64,000 nucleotides of DNA, from positions 288,001-352,000 of the forward strand of contig CAVUWD010000016.1 of NCBI GenBank assembly GCA_963745025.1, read 5' to 3'. Source of the stretch: an uncultured delta proteobacterium (GTDB lineage: Bacteria; Desulfobacterota; Binatia; JACPRU01). This document shows, piece by piece, positions 1-9,301 of this stretch. Within the stretch, counting starts at the first letter, position 1. The number at the start of each line of letters is the position of its first letter. Both the position numbers and the translations under genes were made by a program. The notes beneath the pieces were generated by a model. It was not told the origin of the DNA and did not search any database. It was given only the letters and a program-made list of their open reading frames with translations.

Positions 1-138
1 GGCGTCAACGCGAGCCGGCTTCACACCCGTGGATTCGGCAAGAAATATCCGATTGCTCCGAACAAGAACTCCGACGGAAGCGACAATCCCGCCGGCCGCG
101 CGAAGAACCGGCGGGTCGAAGTGATCATCGAAAACTGA
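1..138 (+). CDS. OmpA-family protein, C-terminal end (5' partial)
   Basis: Frame 1 reads ...SRLHTRGFGKKYPIAPN...GRAKNRRVEVIIEN*, the OmpA C-terminal G-x-G...P...NRRVE signature. Confidence 0.9.
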   Translation, partial: GVNASRLHTRGFGKKYPIAPNKNSDGSDNPAGRAKNRRVEVIIEN

Positions 139-519
139 GTTTGCTTCAGGTCCCAATTCGAAGGCCCAGATCGACCGAAGCCTTCGTCTCTTCCGAGGTC
201 ACAGACGGGTAGGCCCGACCGTCTACATCCACATCCCGACGTTCGATACGAACGAGCCCACCCAAAAAGGGCGCGGAATTTTCACAGCGGAGGACGGCAA
301 ACATCGAGAGGCGTCTGCATAGCGGCCGAACGTTCGAGGAGCAATGGCGCGTCCAGGCACGACGGAATCGCACACACGATTAGAGGGTTTCTTGACACGA
401 ATTGTGAGACCGGCTAACTGATTTGGTTACGATCTGGCGAGCAGTTCGCGTGCGCTCCCGGATTTTTCGTTGCCCGAGCTGCGTTCGCTGTGGTGGAGAT
501 TCGGGCGAAAGAGGGATTC

Positions 520-687
520 ATGGCGGAGAAGAAGGCCAAAACGGCGGAGAAGGGCGGCGCCGTACTCAAGCACGCCTGTCCAAGGTGCGGATCGGAGAGC
601 CGAGTCGTGTTCTACACGGGGTTCGGTAAGCGCGGATTCTTCTGGTCCTGCGAGAAGACGTGCGGCTATCTGGAGCGAACCAAGTAA
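520..687 (+). CDS. Small zinc-ribbon protein (55 aa)
   Basis: GAGGG RBS before ATG 520; CPRC...CEKTC cysteine pairs. Confidence 0.7.
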   Translation: MAEKKAKTAEKGGAVLKHACPRCGSESRVVFYTGFGKRGFFWSCEKTCGYLERTK

Positions 688-698
688 CGGAGAAACCG

Positions 699-1073
699 AT
701 GGGTCGAATCCGAAGAAGAGACAAGGAAAAGAAGAAGGCCTTCAGTATCTTCGACGATGACGAGGCTTCGGACGTCTCCGAAGACGAAGACCTGCCAAAG
801 GACGAGGTGGGTCGCCGCAAGATCAAGCGGCAGTATAGTGACCTCCTTGGTGTGCGCATCGAAAAGCTGAAGGGACGCATCCTCAACCGTGAGCGCATCA
901 ACAAGACGATCGAGGGTGTTTACTTCATCTGTATCGATTGCAAGAAGGTCTGTCACAATATGGACGACGGCCTAGTCGAGGATCTGGAAAACGTCAACAA
1001 TCGCTGCGGCGCTTGCGCTAAAGCGAAAGGGATTCCGGTACCTCCGAGCGGGAAGCGCCAAGCAGCCGCTTAG
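699..1073 (+). CDS. Hypothetical protein with acidic/basic N-terminus and C-terminal Cys-rich metal-binding motif
   Basis: GGAGA RBS before ATG 699; CIDCKKVCH...CGAC motif. Confidence 0.7.
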   Translation: MGRIRRRDKEKKKAFSIFDDDEASDVSEDEDLPKDEVGRRKIKRQYSDLLGVRIEKLKGRILNRERINKTIEGVYFICIDCKKVCHNMDDGLVEDLENVNNRCGACAKAKGIPVPPSGKRQAAA

Positions 1074-1130
1074 CTCGCACTTCCCACGTGCCGCTCGCAG
1101 AAGGCGTCCTGGACTCGCTTTCGTGCGGCT

Positions 1131-1781
1131 TCAGGGAACCGCCGGCAGTAGACCCATCTTGCGCGCCTCCGACAAAGTGCGCGTGGGTCGAACGGTGCGA
1201 CGCAGCTCGCGGAGATCCTCGATCGTATCGATGTCGAAGCTCAAGCCGGGCACGTCAACCTCGCTGTATGAGACCCCGGCATCGGCTGCCGCCGCCACGT
1301 GATCCTGGAAGCTTCGACCGCCGAAGCGCGTCGAGATCACGGTGGGAGGCGTGCGCAGCAACGCGTTGGTCCCCAGGCCTTCGTGAGATCGTGCCAGGCG
1401 CACGTGAGGTCCGGTCGGAACCTCCGCGAGCAACGAGTCGATTTCCTCGACCGTGACCAACGGCAGGTCGGAGAGCACGATCAAGACCGACGTCGCTCCG
1501 TGCTCGAGGCAGCGAGTCGTACCGAGCGCGGAGGCGGCATTGAGCCCCCGCGGGCTGCTCTCGTCGATCGCCAATGCTCGCATGCGCGTGGCGAGCTCGA
1601 GCAAGCGCGGATCCGCGGTCACGACAGCCACGGCATCGACGTGGTGTGCGTGGCTGAGACATTCCAGGACGTCGTAGAACATCGCGTAGCAGAGTGCTCT
1701 TCGATCCGCGTCGCTCAGGTGGGAAGCCAAGCGGCTCTTGGCGACGGCCAGTGGCTTGCTTGGCAGCAGGGCAAAGCGCAT
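1131..1781 (-). CDS. cofC: 2-phospho-L-lactate/PEP guanylyltransferase (F420 biosynthesis)
   Basis: PxK..AKSRL, GLNAA, SDLP, GTNALL, FG..SF..H and DIDT.EDL motifs. Confidence 0.9.
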   Translation of the reverse strand: MRFALLPSKPLAVAKSRLASHLSDADRRALCYAMFYDVLECLSHAHHVDAVAVVTADPRLLELATRMRALAIDESSPRGLNAASALGTTRCLEHGATSVLIVLSDLPLVTVEEIDSLLAEVPTGPHVRLARSHEGLGTNALLRTPPTVISTRFGGRSFQDHVAAAADAGVSYSEVDVPGLSFDIDTIEDLRELRRTVRPTRTLSEARKMGLLPAVP

Positions 1782-1896
1782 CGCGAGCCGAACTATAGTC
1801 GAGCGGCCACGCCCAGTCGAGTGGCGCTCGATCTTGCGACCGTGGCCGTACCGGTGTAAGGCACGCGACCTCGGCAATTGGACCGAGGCTTTCTAA

Positions 1897-2460
1897 ATGC
1901 GGATCACCGGCGGCGCCGCCCGAGGTCGTTCCCTTCGCGCACCGCGCGGCTCGAAAGTCAGGCCCACCGCGGACAAGGTTCGTGCAGCGATCTTCAACAT
2001 TCTGGCGAACCGCATCGACATCGCTGGCAGTCGCTGGCTCGATCTGTTCGCGGGCACCGGGGCGCTCGGCCTCGACGCGCTCAGCCGGGGAGCGGCGGGC
2101 GTGACGTTCATCGACGACAGCCGTGAATCGTGCCGGTTCGTGCGCGACAACCTCACGCGAAGCGGCTTCGCCGATCGAGCCGAGGTTCGCAAGCTCTCTT
2201 TGCCGGGGGGGCTGCACCGCCTCGATCCGGGGAACGAGCGATTCAGTGGCGCGTTCGTCGACCCGCCATATCGGCGCGGCCTCTCGCAACGGACCCTGGA
2301 GGCCCTTGGCGAGGGCGGCCTGCTGTCACCCGGCGCTTGGGTCGTCGTCGAGCACGGTGCCGACGAGCAGCTCGCCGAGCGATACGGGGCGCTTCGCCTC
2401 GAGAACTCGCGTCGCTACGGTTCGACGGGCGTCGCGCTCTATGCCATGGAGGAGCAATGA
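1897..2460 (+). CDS. rsmD: 16S rRNA (guanine966-N2)-methyltransferase
   Basis: MRITGG, VRPTADKVR, LDLFAGTGALG, DPPY; directly upstream of coaD. Confidence 0.95.
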   Translation: MRITGGAARGRSLRAPRGSKVRPTADKVRAAIFNILANRIDIAGSRWLDLFAGTGALGLDALSRGAAGVTFIDDSRESCRFVRDNLTRSGFADRAEVRKLSLPGGLHRLDPGNERFSGAFVDPPYRRGLSQRTLEALGEGGLLSPGAWVVVEHGADEQLAERYGALRLENSRRYGSTGVALYAMEEQ

Positions 2461-2972
2461 AGAGCGCAAGAGGGGAGCGGGTGGCGGTATTTCCGGGATC
2501 CTTCGATCCGCTCACCAACGGTCATCTCGATATCGTCGAGCGCAGCCTCGAAATCTTCGATCGAGTCGTCGTCGCGGTCGCGTACAACGCCACGAAGGAC
2601 TCGGCCCTCTTCACGCCGGAAGAGCGAGTGCAGATGATTCTCGACGCGACCCGCAGCCAGCGTGTGGTAGCAGACAGCTTCTCGGGGTTGTTGGTCGACT
2701 ACGTCGAGCGCAGCGGGGCGCAGGCGATCGTTCGTGGACTGCGCGCGGTTGCGGATTTCGAGTACGAATTCCAGATGGCAATGATGAATCGGCACTTGCG
2801 CCCGCAGATCGAGACGATTTTCATCATGGCGAGTGAGGCGCACTTCTACACGAGCTCTCGGCTCGTGAAGGAGGTGGCGAGCCTCGGCGGCGACGTCACC
2901 GGCCTGATTCCCTCGAGCGTTCGCCGTAAGCTTGTGCGCAAGCTAGGTGAAGCGCGTGGGCGTGGCCACTGA
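2457..2972 (+). CDS. coaD: Phosphopantetheine adenylyltransferase
   Basis: FPGSFDPLTNGHLD, VRGLRAVADFEYE, SSRLVKE; ATGA overlap with rsmD stop. Confidence 0.97.
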   Translation: MKSARGERVAVFPGSFDPLTNGHLDIVERSLEIFDRVVVAVAYNATKDSALFTPEERVQMILDATRSQRVVADSFSGLLVDYVERSGAQAIVRGLRAVADFEYEFQMAMMNRHLRPQIETIFIMASEAHFYTSSRLVKEVASLGGDVTGLIPSSVRRKLVRKLGEARGRGH

Positions 2973-2974
2973 GC

Positions 2975-3952
2975 TCAGGTCTCCTCGCCGAAGACCTCCG
3001 CGGTGAAGACGGAGATTTCCGCGGCGGGATTCTGCCAGGCGTTCGCCGGTAGTCCCGCCTTCAGGCACGTCTGCTCGAGAAGCGCTTCGCGGTCCCAACC
3101 CGCCTCGGTGGCGACCTGCGGCAAGAACACACCTTTTTGCCCGCCAAGCGCGATCGACAGCCCATGAAAGCCCGGGACCACCGATGCGGCGGTCGTGCGT
3201 CGGAGCTCCGATAGAATCGAGATCTCGAGTTCGAGCGAAGCGAACTCGCTCCCGTCGACGGGCGGAAAGCGCGGATCCTCGAAAGCCGCTGCGGCTGCCA
3301 TGTCGCGCACGATTGCGTAGAGCGGCCGGTCCCGGGCGAACGTGCCGATGCAGCCGCGCAGCTCGCCCCTGCGGCGGAAGCTCACGAACGCGCCGGCAGG
3401 CTCGTGCAGCGCGCCAGGAGGCGGCATCGGTTGCGCCGCGGGCCGATCCTCGATCGTAGCGAGAATCGTCTCGCGAGCGAGGTCGAGCAGGAACGCACGG
3501 TCCGCTCTCGAGAGCCGTTCACGACGTCGAAACGTCGGTGCTGGACGCTCGCCGCTGCGTCGATAATGGAAGTAATCCGCGAGGATTCGACGGTGATCGA
3601 ATGCGATCTCCGTGGGGAGATCGAACTCCGAGAACAAACGGGCCTCGACGGCGTCGTCGCCGCCTGCGGGATCGCCATCGGCCCGGCCGATGAACACGAC
3701 GCTCAACGTGTGCTGACGCGGGTCGCGCTGTGGATCCGAGTAGACGTGGAAGAGCTCGACAAGCTCGACGTCGAGGCCGGTCTCCTCGAAGGCCTCACGA
3801 GCGGCCGCCTGCTCGGCAGTTTCGCCGACCTCGATGAAGCCGCCCGGAATCGCCCAACCGAGCGGCGGGTTACGCCGTCGGACCAGAACGACCTGATCGG
3901 CCGCTAGCTCGATCACTACGTCGGCCGCGGCACGTAACCCCCGCTGCGGCAT
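2975..3952 (-). CDS. Nudix hydrolase fused to AMMECR1 (AmmeMemoRadiSam protein A) domain
   Basis: Nudix box [24 protein letters not shown] at the N-terminus; LRGCIG, EDPRF, FLPQVA, CLKAGL at the C-terminus. Confidence 0.88.
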   Translation of the reverse strand: MPQRGLRAAADVVIELAADQVVLVRRRNPPLGWAIPGGFIEVGETAEQAAAREAFEETGLDVELVELFHVYSDPQRDPRQHTLSVVFIGRADGDPAGGDDAVEARLFSEFDLPTEIAFDHRRILADYFHYRRSGERPAPTFRRRERLSRADRAFLLDLARETILATIEDRPAAQPMPPPGALHEPAGAFVSFRRRGELRGCIGTFARDRPLYAIVRDMAAAAAFEDPRFPPVDGSEFASLELEISILSELRRTTAASVVPGFHGLSIALGGQKGVFLPQVATEAGWDREALLEQTCLKAGLPANAWQNPAAEISVFTAEVFGEET

Positions 3953-4062
3953 TACCGCAACGAGTAGCACAAGCCGTGCGGGCGAAGAAGCTCAGCGTAT
4001 GACCGTAAGCAAAAAAGGCGCGTGGAACGCTGCCGCGCCTTCTTTGCACGGGTGCGACGGGC

Positions 4063-4320
4063 CTACTTGCGGATAGACTTGCTGAACATTGCTTCGGCCT
4101 TTTGTGCGGCCGCTTCAGCGCGCTGCGCAGCCGCTTCGGCCCGGCTCGCTGCGCCTTCGGCGCGTGACGCGGCGGCGTCAAGCTTGCTCGCATACAATGC
4201 GCAGGCCCCGCAAGCCGAGGTGTCAACCACCGGCTCCTTGGCGCAACCGCCTGCCAACGTCAACGTGAAAAGACCCCCAACCAGCAGGGGCACACCAAGC
4301 GTTCTCAACGTTGTTCTCAT
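4063..4320 (-). CDS. OprI/Lpp-like alanine-zipper lipoprotein
   Basis: GGAGG RBS, lipobox-like AGGC, Ala heptads (AAASRAEGAASRAEAAAQRAEAAAQKAE), terminal SIRK. Confidence 0.75.
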   Translation of the reverse strand: MRTTLRTLGVPLLVGGLFTLTLAGGCAKEPVVDTSACGACALYASKLDAAASRAEGAASRAEAAAQRAEAAAQKAEAMFSKSIRK

Positions 4321-4426
4321 CGATACCTCCACCTCCTCTCGAAAACGACGGATTCTATCCCACAAATGATCGAGTCCCGCAAGGCTCCAAATGGACGGCT
4401 GCGCGCTCCTGTTACAGACAAGGGTG

Positions 4427-5653
4427 TCAGGGAGTGAGCATCCGCGCAGAGAACGTCGATTCCCCCATCACGTCGATCGGTGACACCGCAGAAATGACGC
4501 CGAGCACCCGCTGCTGATCTCGAACGACGATCTCCCCGAGTGGCTGGTCCTTCGCGATCGGCGCGGACACCATCGCGGGCACCTGGAACGTCACGTGCAA
4601 ATCGCTTTTCGCGTCGTTGCGCACCAAGTACGTCACGCTCTGGGCAGCGACTGGCTGGACGTGGTCGGTCGATCCGTTCGCGATCTTGACGTCGAAGGAG
4701 AGCGATTGTCCCGCCTCCACCACCTTCAGTTTCGAGAAGTGGGCGAATCCCCACTCCATCAGCTGCTGCGCGAGCAGGAACCGCGACTGCAGCGTTGGAC
4801 AGCCGAGAACGACTGCAATCAGCCGCAAGCCATCTCGTGAAGCCGTCGCCGTGAGATTGAAGCCGGCCTGACGATAGTAGCCGGTCTTGAGGCCGTCGGC
4901 CCCGTCCATGTGACCCACGAGGTGATTCGTGTTGCGGATCAACACGGTGCCGCCGCGGATCGGCACCAGCGGTTGCGCGGAGTAGTGAAGGACCCGCGGG
5001 TGTTCGAGGAGCTTGCGCGCGAGTATCGCGAGATCGTTCGCCGACGTCATGTCGGGGAGACCCTTGCCCCGGCGGGGAGGCAACCCGTTCACCGTCCGAT
5101 ACGTGGTCTCGCTCATACCGAGCTCTCGCGCCCGGTCGTTCATACGCGCAATCATCGCCGGCTGGCTGCCCGCGATCGCGTCCGCAATCGCGACGCTGGC
5201 CCCGTTCGCGGAGGCGACGAGCATCGCTTTCAGCAAGTCCTCGAACGGCAATCGTTCGCCTGGCTTGAGGAGCACTCCCGAGCCACCCGTGCGGCTGGCA
5301 GCGAGGCTGATCGAAATCTTATCGTCCAGATGAATTTCGCCACGCTCGAGCGCTTCGAAGGCGAGAAGCGCCGTCATCATCTTGACCATCGAAGCGGGCG
5401 GCCGCGGATCGGTCGGGTCTTTGGCAAAAAGCACGCGGCCACCGTCGGCATCGATCAACAACGCCGACACATAGGGTCCCTCCGGTGGATGCTCGGGAGG
5501 CGCCGCCAATCGCGCGGGTACGAATACGGTCCCCGGGCGCACCCGGTGCGCGAGATGGCGGTGTGCACGCTCGTGACGGGCGAAGGCAGGGCTCGATTGC
5601 GCGACCAACGCCGCCACGCCCATCAGCACACAGACCCACCCCCGCTTCATCAT
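4427..5653 (-). CDS. dacA: D-alanyl-D-alanine carboxypeptidase (peptidase S11, PBP5/6-like)
   Basis: Signal peptide, SMVK (SxxK), SAN (SxN), KTG, C-terminal PBP5_C-like region. Confidence 0.92.
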   Translation of the reverse strand: MMKRGWVCVLMGVAALVAQSSPAFARHERAHRHLAHRVRPGTVFVPARLAAPPEHPPEGPYVSALLIDADGGRVLFAKDPTDPRPPASMVKMMTALLAFEALERGEIHLDDKISISLAASRTGGSGVLLKPGERLPFEDLLKAMLVASANGASVAIADAIAGSQPAMIARMNDRARELGMSETTYRTVNGLPPRRGKGLPDMTSANDLAILARKLLEHPRVLHYSAQPLVPIRGGTVLIRNTNHLVGHMDGADGLKTGYYRQAGFNLTATASRDGLRLIAVVLGCPTLQSRFLLAQQLMEWGFAHFSKLKVVEAGQSLSFDVKIANGSTDHVQPVAAQSVTYLVRNDAKSDLHVTFQVPAMVSAPIAKDQPLGEIVVRDQQRVLGVISAVSPIDVMGESTFSARMLTP

Positions 5654-5684
5654 TACGTTCGGTCCCCGACCGCTAACGGTATTA

Positions 5685-5714
5685 AATTTACGCGTGGTTG
5701 CGAGGGGATGTCAA
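5685..5714 (-). promoter_or_regulatory. Candidate sigma70 promoter for dacA
   Basis: Minus strand TTGACA-N18-TAAATT about 30 nt upstream of the start. Confidence 0.55.
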
Positions 5715-5822
5715 CTCGAACAGTGGTTTGAACAAGATCTCGCGTCACCTTCCAGTGACTCCAGTGACTATAGAAGCGTGGTTTGACAGGTATTGGGGAA
5801 AGCAATAAGCAAGCATGATATC

Positions 5823-6803
5823 GTGCCGCGGATCTTGGGGATGGGACACTGTCTGCCTGAACGGCGGGTGGACAACCAGGAACTCGCCGAGAAACTCGGC
5901 GTCGCCGCGGCCGAGATCGAGAAGCGAAGTGGTGTCCGGTCGCGGTTTTTCGCGGCCGACGGGCAGGGTCCCTCGGACCTCGCAAGGGTGGCGGCCGAGA
6001 TCGCCCTCAGCGAAGCCGGAATCGGCCCGACCGACATCGAATTCCTGATCTTTGCCACCATGACGCCGGACGTCACGTTTCCCGGGTCCGGCTGCTATCT
6101 GCAGAAGAAGCTTGGTTGCCGCACGATCGGTGCACTCGATCTACGCGCGCAGTGTGCCGGCTTCCTCTTCGCGCTCGAAGTCGCCGATCAGTTTCTTCGG
6201 GCCGGCGCCTACCGTCGTGTCTTGATCGCGGCGGGCGACGTGCACTCGTCCGGTCTCGACTTCTCTCCGCGAGGAGCTGCTGCGACGCCACTCTTCGGAG
6301 ACGGCGCCGTGGTCGCGGTCCTGGGCGCCGAGGGCGACGACCTCCTCGGATCGGTGATCCACACCGATCCGAGCCGGTTCGAGAATTTCTGGTGCGAGCT
6401 TCCTTCGAGCCGGCGTCGGCCCACGCGTTTTCTGCCGCAGGATCTCGCTCTCGGGAAGCACTACCCGAGCCTCGATGTCGACGCGGTCTGGCGCGAGGGG
6501 GTTCAACACATGCGCGCGGCCGTGGAAGAGGTCCTCACCAAGAGTACGGTGAGGCCCGACGACGTGCGCCAGTTCTTCTTTCAACACGTGTATCGCGACG
6601 CGGCGCTGGCGGTTGCCGAAAATCTCGGCGTGGCTGCGCGCGCGACCGTCGGCGGTCTCGATGAAGGGCACATCGCGAGCGCGTCGTTGCCGCTTGCGCT
6701 TTGCCGCGCACGGCAGAATGGAGACGTTGGAGCCGGAGACCTCGTCTGCCTGGCGACTGCGGGCTCGGGAGCGAACTGGGGCGCAGCTTTGGTTCGGCTG
6801 TGA
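5823..6803 (+). CDS. 3-oxoacyl-ACP synthase III-like protein, non-canonical active site
   Basis: FabH-fold motifs (AQCAGF, FGDGA, GSGANWG) but FQHVY in place of PHQAN and GHI in place of GNT; start codon uncertain. Confidence 0.85.
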   Translation: MPRILGMGHCLPERRVDNQELAEKLGVAAAEIEKRSGVRSRFFAADGQGPSDLARVAAEIALSEAGIGPTDIEFLIFATMTPDVTFPGSGCYLQKKLGCRTIGALDLRAQCAGFLFALEVADQFLRAGAYRRVLIAAGDVHSSGLDFSPRGAAATPLFGDGAVVAVLGAEGDDLLGSVIHTDPSRFENFWCELPSSRRRPTRFLPQDLALGKHYPSLDVDAVWREGVQHMRAAVEEVLTKSTVRPDDVRQFFFQHVYRDAALAVAENLGVAARATVGGLDEGHIASASLPLALCRARQNGDVGAGDLVCLATAGSGANWGAALVRL

Positions 6804-6807
6804 GCCG

Positions 6808-7815
6808 ATGACGCACGCCAATTCGAGGATCGTCGGCGTCGGGCGGTATCTTCCCGAGCACGTCGTGACGAATCAGGATCTCACGCGCGTGATGGATACG
6901 ACCGACGAGTGGATCCAGCAACGCACCGGCATCCGCGAGCGCCGCTACATCGCGGAAGACACGGGTGCCGCCGATCTCGGGGTCGTGGCGGCCCGCGAAG
7001 CGCTCGATCGCGCGGGGCTGCGTGCGGATCAGATGGACCTCGTGCTGTTCGCGACGCTCAGCCCGGATTACGACTTCCCGGCGAGCGCCTGCGTGTTGTC
7101 GCGATTGTTCGGGCTGAAGCGCACCCCCGCCTTCGATGTCAAGAATCAATGCTCCGGCTTTCTTTATGGGCTCGCGATCGCGGACAAATTCATCAAGACG
7201 GGGCGCGCACGTCACGTCCTGCTGGTTGGAGGAGAGATCCATTCGACGGGCATCGATCTCACCACTCGCGGCCGCGACGTCGCCGTCATCTTCGGTGACG
7301 GTGCAGCTGCGGCCGTTCTCACCGCCGAGCCCGACGCGAAGCGTGGCATTCTCTCGACGCACCTCCACTCGGAGGGCCGGTACGCCGAGAAGCTCTGGCT
7401 CGAAGCGGCGGCGAGCCGATCGCGCCCGCGCCTTTCGCAGGAGATGCTCGAGGGGGCGAAGCCTCGCATCTTCCCGCACATGGAAGGCAAGTACGTCTTC
7501 AAACATGCCCTCACGCGCTTTCCGGAGGTTATCCTGGAAGCACTCTCTGCAAACGGCTTCTCCGTGAAGGACCTCGATCTGCTGATTCCCCACCAAGCGA
7601 ATCTTCGCATCAGCCAGATGGTCGCGATGGGGCTCGAGCTCCGCGAGGAGCAGATGTTCAACAACATCGACCGCTATGGCAACACGACGGCCTGCTCGAT
7701 TCCCTTGGCGCTCTACGAGGCGATCGAGCAAGGCAGGGTCGAGGCAGGCGCGCTGATTTGTCTCGCCGCGTTCGGGGCGGGCTTCACCTGGGCGGCCGCG
7801 TTGATGCGCTGGTGA
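6808..7815 (+). CDS. fabH: 3-oxoacyl-ACP synthase III
   Basis: DTTDEWIQQRTGIRERR, NQCSGF, PHQAN, GNTTAC, FGAGFTW: intact Cys-His-Asn triad. Confidence 0.93.
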   Translation: MTHANSRIVGVGRYLPEHVVTNQDLTRVMDTTDEWIQQRTGIRERRYIAEDTGAADLGVVAAREALDRAGLRADQMDLVLFATLSPDYDFPASACVLSRLFGLKRTPAFDVKNQCSGFLYGLAIADKFIKTGRARHVLLVGGEIHSTGIDLTTRGRDVAVIFGDGAAAAVLTAEPDAKRGILSTHLHSEGRYAEKLWLEAAASRSRPRLSQEMLEGAKPRIFPHMEGKYVFKHALTRFPEVILEALSANGFSVKDLDLLIPHQANLRISQMVAMGLELREEQMFNNIDRYGNTTACSIPLALYEAIEQGRVEAGALICLAAFGAGFTWAAALMRW

Positions 7816-8315
7816 GCGTGGCGATCCTCAGAAGATCCGGGGGCGCGCCGCTCGCTCTCGCCTTCGATGCCATGGGGCGGCGCGATCTGCCTTTCGTGAC
7901 CGAGCTCGAGCGCAAGTCGTTCTCCCACCCATGGACGTCCGAGGTCTTTCTCCGTGAGCTTCGACTTCCCTTCTCGAAGATCGTACTGGCCCGTCTCGCC
8001 GGAGAGCCTGGCGCCGCCGTGGTCGGCTATCTTTGTCGCTGGCTTGCCGCGGGTGCTCTCGAGATCCAGAACGTCGCGGTTCATCCCGATTGGAGACGTC
8101 GCTCGATCGGGCGCAGGCTGGTGGAGCATACGCTCACGGAGGCGTCGCAGCTCGGCGCGCAAACGGCGCTGCTCGAGGTTCGTCGTCACAATTTTCCGGC
8201 CATCTCGTTGTATCGCGGGCTCGGCTTTCGGGAGACGGGTGTTCGACCGGGATACTACGCGGACGGTGAGGATGCGCTGCAGATGGAGCTCCGGTTCGAT
8301 CGTGGCGGAGGTTGA
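7812..8315 (+). CDS. rimI: Ribosomal-protein-alanine N-acetyltransferase
   Basis: FSHPW, NVAVHPDWRRRSIG, LEVR..N.PA..LY...GF, RPGYY..GEDA. Confidence 0.88.
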   Translation: MSVAILRRSGGAPLALAFDAMGRRDLPFVTELERKSFSHPWTSEVFLRELRLPFSKIVLARLAGEPGAAVVGYLCRWLAAGALEIQNVAVHPDWRRRSIGRRLVEHTLTEASQLGAQTALLEVRRHNFPAISLYRGLGFRETGVRPGYYADGEDALQMELRFDRGGG

Positions 8316-9234
8316 TCTTCGCGTTGACGTCGGTGGCGGCCTCGTGCTCGCCAACCCGGTGATCGCGGCTTCAGGAACATTCGGCTATGGCGTCGAGTAT
8401 GCCGGAGTCACCGATCTCCGCGTGCTCGGCGCGGTGGTCGTGAAGGGCATATCGCGCAAGCCCTCCGCGGGTCATCCACCGCCGCGGCTGGTGGAGACGC
8501 CCGCGGGGATGCTCAATGCCATCGGCCTCCAGAACATCGGTGTCGAGCGGTTCTTGGCCGAGAAGCTCCCGTGGCTTCGCGAGCGTGGGATCACGGTCGT
8601 CGTCAATTGCTGGGGCAACACGGTGGAAGAGTATGGCGACGTCGTCGCCGCGCTCGACGCCGCGCCCGGCATCGCTGCGCTCGAGGTGAACATCTCGAGC
8701 CCCAACAAGCGGGAGTGGGGCGGCATCATCGCCACCGACACGAAGCGGACCGCCGAGGTCGTCGCGGTCGCGCGCGCACAAACGCGCCGACCGCTCTGGG
8801 TCAAGCTCTCTCCGAACGTGAGCGACATCGCCGAGGTCGCGCGCGCCGCCCAGGACGCGGGCGCCGACACGCTGTGCGTGGCGAACACCTACCTCGGCAT
8901 GGCCGTGGATCTTCGCCGGAGGCGGCCCGTCCTGAGCAACGTGACCGGAGGTCTATCGGGACCCGCGATCAAGCCGCTCAACCTCCGTGCCGTTTACCAG
9001 GTCGTCCATTCGACGAAGCTCCCGGTGATCGGCATCGGTGGAATCTCGAGCGGCAATGATGCGCTCGAGTACCTGCTCGTGGGCGCTTGCGCCGTTCAGG
9101 TCGGCACAGCGAATCTCTACGACCCGGGTGCGGGCCCGAAGATCCTTCGACAAATCAAGAAGTTCCTAGAGGCGGAGGGGATTGACCACGTACAGGATTT
9201 CGTGGGCTCGCTGAAAAGCGAAGTATCAAGTTGA
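8302..9234 (+). CDS. pyrD: Dihydroorotate dehydrogenase family 1 catalytic subunit
   Basis: NPVIAASGTFG, NAIGLQN, VKLSPNV, GGLSGPAIKP, GIGGI, VQVGTA; catalytic loop reads NISSPN. Confidence 0.93.
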   Translation: MAEVDLRVDVGGGLVLANPVIAASGTFGYGVEYAGVTDLRVLGAVVVKGISRKPSAGHPPPRLVETPAGMLNAIGLQNIGVERFLAEKLPWLRERGITVVVNCWGNTVEEYGDVVAALDAAPGIAALEVNISSPNKREWGGIIATDTKRTAEVVAVARAQTRRPLWVKLSPNVSDIAEVARAAQDAGADTLCVANTYLGMAVDLRRRRPVLSNVTGGLSGPAIKPLNLRAVYQVVHSTKLPVIGIGGISSGNDALEYLLVGACAVQVGTANLYDPGAGPKILRQIKKFLEAEGIDHVQDFVGSLKSEVSS

Positions 9235-9259
9235 CCACGTCTCAAAACTAACCTAAAAT
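9231..9259 (+). promoter_or_regulatory. Sigma70-type promoter for carD
   Basis: TTGACC-N17-TAAAAT followed by GGAGG RBS at 9291. Confidence 0.7.
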
Positions 9260-9301
9260 TGAGAACTTATGATATCTCTCCCCGCCCGAAGGAGGGTCTG
9301 A

